Below, in pieces: positions 17,436 through 20,000 of a DNA stretch of 20,000 nucleotides (position 1 is its first letter; each line of letters starts with the position of its first letter). The stretch comes from an uncultured virus (IMG/VR IMGVR_UViG_3300021963_000095). Taxonomy: Duplodnaviria > Heunggongvirae > Uroviricota > Caudoviricetes. Below the pieces are notes generated by a model. The model did not search any database, was not told the origin of the DNA, and saw nothing but the letters and a program-made list of their open reading frames with translations. Location: IMG/VR virus record IMGVR_UViG_3300021963_000095; one strand, 5' to 3'. A program made the position numbers and the translations under genes.

Positions 17436-20000
17436 TTATGTTGCCAATGCAATTACACGCAACGCTTTAATTCTAGGAACATTTACCGGATTATTACTTC
17501 TCATAGAAATTTTAATTTGAACCGCTGTAAATGCAGGTAGATTATCAACAGTATATGTTCTTTCAATAAATTCGCTTTCATTTGCTTGAATTCCTGGGTC
17601 AACATCAACCAACAAACCTTCTCTTTCTGGCGCATTATAAAGGTCTTCAAATGATTGACTTGAACCAGCAGGCAGTATTTTATAGTATACACGAATTTCT
17701 GAACCATTAGGTTGATTTGCATTAAAAATAATTTTTAATGATGTTGCTGGATTTTCAATATTAAATTTTCTAGTAACATAATTTGCTTCATTAAACCCTC
17801 CGTGAGGAGCGCAATCTTCAATATATCTTTCTCCAACAACCAATGTAGTTGTGTCTCCAGCGGCAGTATTTACAAAAGATGTGTCTTCTAAAAATACTTG
17901 AACACTACTTATGTTGTTTCTAACTTCTCTAATTTCAAAAATTCCATTATTTGCCGCTGTTGTCTGACCAGATACGGTTAAATATTTTCCTCTATCAAGC
18001 GTCAATAATGCTAACATAGTGGTAGCATCTGTTGATTGAATATAACCATCAACACCGTTTGCCGGAGCAACAAATTGTAGTTGTGTGCTATCTGTTAATA
18101 CTGTTCTTAAATCAATTTGTGGAACAGTAATAGAGTTGTAATTTGCGTCAGTAATTCTATTGCTAACAGCATATAAACTCATTCTTGATGCATCAATTAC
18201 AGGAGAAACATCAGCATTGTTTGTTGCGAGTGTGGCAATTAAAGAGACTGATTTATTTCCAGATAATGAAGTTGTTTCATTTTCTGTGCTTGCTATTGTA
18301 TGTCTCTTGGTTAATTTTGCATTTGTTCCAGGAATAACATTAATATATTCGGATGCAGTATATGTTGAATCATACATTTTTAATGCGTATGATAAGGTTG
18401 TATTTCCAAATGTAATGTCTGGAGAGTTAACTTGAACAACATCAGCACTTCTATTTTGAGTAGCAGTAATTCCTATTCCACCAAAATATCCTTTGACAAG
18501 AATAGATGAAGTTCCAATAATAGAACCGTTATTAACTTCAATAACATAAGAATCAAGTTCAGCATTAGATATATTAAATGTTCCGTTCAATGATGTGTGT
18601 GGGATACCTTGATTAACAGTATTTGCACCATAATTTCCTTCTAGCACTCCAGATATTGTAACTGTGCTTCCATTAGGCAATCCATGATTTTTATGAAAAA
18701 CACGAACCTTATTTGTTCCAGTTGTAATCTCAAAAGGATTTGCATCTAATCTTGCAATAGGTGTCGGTGTATTATTAAATTCAATTGTTGATGTGTGGTC
18801 AGTATCGAATTGAGCGATATTTAAATTGAATTTTAAATCTAATGTTCCGTCAATTTGATAAGACTTTGTATTTTGAGATAAAAATAATGAACCTAATAAA
18901 GGTTGTCTTGAAATAATTCTATTGCCGTCAAGTGTTGGACTTCCCAACTCAGAAACGAAAACTCTGTTACCTAAGTCACCAGTCTGCAAGACAATTGCAT
19001 ATTCTTCACCATTCATTAAGTGAACTGGTGAATCAAATGTAAATCTTGTATGAACAGTAGCGTCATTTGATACATTTAATTGAGTTGTTGGTAATGTTTT
19101 TTGTGAGAAAGGTAAAATCTTAGATGTTGGAACTCCATTCTCCATAGTTCTAATATCAACAGTTACAGGAGTTTTTCCTTTGTCTTTAAAGAACAAATCG
19201 ACTGAAGTTACAAAACATCCATCAGGTTTATCTGCAATTAAGAATGATTGTGCCAATGGGTCGGTACTACCACCATCTCCTTGCGGAGGTTGAACATTAG
19301 CTATGAAAGTTGTTTGAGTATTAACTCTAGTAATTGTTTGTGTTCTAGTAACTGTTGTAATGTCAAACTTTGGCTCTTTAGTTGACATAATTGTTCGTTC
19401 TCTTGATTCACGAATTCCTACAGCACGATATGTCTCTTCACCGATAGAATCAAAATCAGTTCTAGAATTTGTTTCATTTTCAGAAAGTGTGAATAGTCTA
19501 TCGCCTGTTCTAAAGCGAATAGTGTCTGTATTTGGTATAAAAAATACACCAACCACCGCACCTTGTGAATCAGTATATAAACTATCTCCATTTTGCTTTA
19601 ATGTTGGTACGGTTGCGGAGTTAGTTACTCCATTAATTCCTGTAATTGTGCATGAGTTTACAACATCATTAATATTCTTTGAAGAACCGGTAATCGAATC
19701 ATTAATTGCAAAAGCATTCTTAATATTGATTAAATGAATATTAACAGGTAGTGTTGTTGGTGTTTCTGTAGCACCTTGGAACGCAACAACAGCAGTTGCA
19801 GTTAAACGCTTTAATGTTCCACCAGAAGTGTAGGCTCCACCTAATGTAGAGATGTTTGTGTTGTCTAGATTTTTAATTCTGACAATACTTCCAGAAATTT
19901 CAACAACTTTATATGTGTTTCCATTTAGTGATGTTGAACCACCAATATTTGATGGGGTTACATGATGACCAACACGAATTCCTGTGGCACTTGCAACAGT
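17436..20000 (-). CDS. Large virion structural protein (DUF4815-type), C-terminal part; 5' end lies beyond the window
   Basis: Frame read codon by codon stays open from 19556 to 20000; motifs DPLAQSF, FVTSVDLFF, TRFTFDSPVHL, EYAIVL, QPLLGSLFLSQN, DLKF, VSPVID, PRIKALRVIALA. Confidence 0.85.
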   Translation of the reverse strand, partial: TVASATGIRVGHHVTPSNIGGSTSLNGNTYKVVEISGSIVRIKNLDNTNISTLGGAYTSGGTLKRLTATAVVAFQGATETPTTLPVNIHLINIKNAFAINDSITGSSKNINDVVNSCTITGINGVTNSATVPTLKQNGDSLYTDSQGAVVGVFFIPNTDTIRFRTGDRLFTLSENETNSRTDFDSIGEETYRAVGIRESRERTIMSTKEPKFDITTVTRTQTITRVNTQTTFIANVQPPQGDGGSTDPLAQSFLIADKPDGCFVTSVDLFFKDKGKTPVTVDIRTMENGVPTSKILPFSQKTLPTTQLNVSNDATVHTRFTFDSPVHLMNGEEYAIVLQTGDLGNRVFVSELGSPTLDGNRIISRQPLLGSLFLSQNTKSYQIDGTLDLKFNLNIAQFDTDHTSTIEFNNTPTPIARLDANPFEITTGTNKVRVFHKNHGLPNGSTVTISGVLEGNYGANTVNQGIPHTSLNGTFNISNAELDSYVIEVNNGSIIGTSSILVKGYFGGIGITATQNRSADVVQVNSPDITFGNTTLSYALKMYDSTYTASEYINVIPGTNAKLTKRHTIASTENETTSLSGNKSVSLIATLATNNADVSPVIDASRMSLYAVSNRITDANYNSITVPQIDLRTVLTDSTQLQFVAPANGVDGYIQSTDATTMLALLTLDRGKYLTVSGQTTAANNGIFEIREVRNNISSVQVFLEDTSFVNTAAGDTTTLVVGERYIEDCAPHGGFNEANYVTRKFNIENPATSLKIIFNANQPNGSEIRVYYKILPAGSSQSFEDLYNAPEREGLLVDVDPGIQANESEFIERTYTVDNLPAFTAVQIKISMRSNNPVNVPRIKALRVIALAT

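Noticed and set aside
17435..17452. ORF-track start MHWQHN for the 81-aa ORF
   Set aside because: Overlaps the upstream gene end; the ATG at 17434 right after the stop is more plausible.
19554..19556. GTG start of the 706-aa ORF
   Set aside because: Frame remains open to the window edge; the true start is upstream.
1..20000. CRISPR array, tRNA or rRNA genes
   Set aside because: Coding density is near complete, intergenic gaps are under 80 nt, and no regularly spaced repeats or cloverleaf-like sequence were seen.

Overview
AT-rich window from a T4-like myovirus (Tevenvirinae-type, resembling aquatic cyanophage/pelagiphage-like T4 relatives; host not determinable). All real genes are on the minus strand. 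In transcription order: 3' part of a large DUF4815-type virion structural protein, a cluster of small fibre/adaptor genes, a 410-aa tail fibre, a 789-aa protein built from about 8 repeats, five tandem paralogous fibre-tip-like proteins with graded His-rich inserts, an XkdW-like assembly protein, a cupin, a stand-alone chaperone-like domain, then the canonical T4 block gp13-14-15-16-17-18-(Ig-like insertion)-19 and the start of portal gp20. Perfect T4 late promoters (TATAAATA) precede gp18, gp13 and the XkdW-like gene. Most notable: (i) a candidate modular, branched fibre system with several alternative His-rich (possibly metal-binding) tips; (ii) a 12-bp hairpin that encloses the gp13 late promoter and pairs with its Shine-Dalgarno site; (iii) an adhesin-type Ig domain gene between sheath and tube. 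Family assignments are from motif recognition and synteny only; no database search was run.
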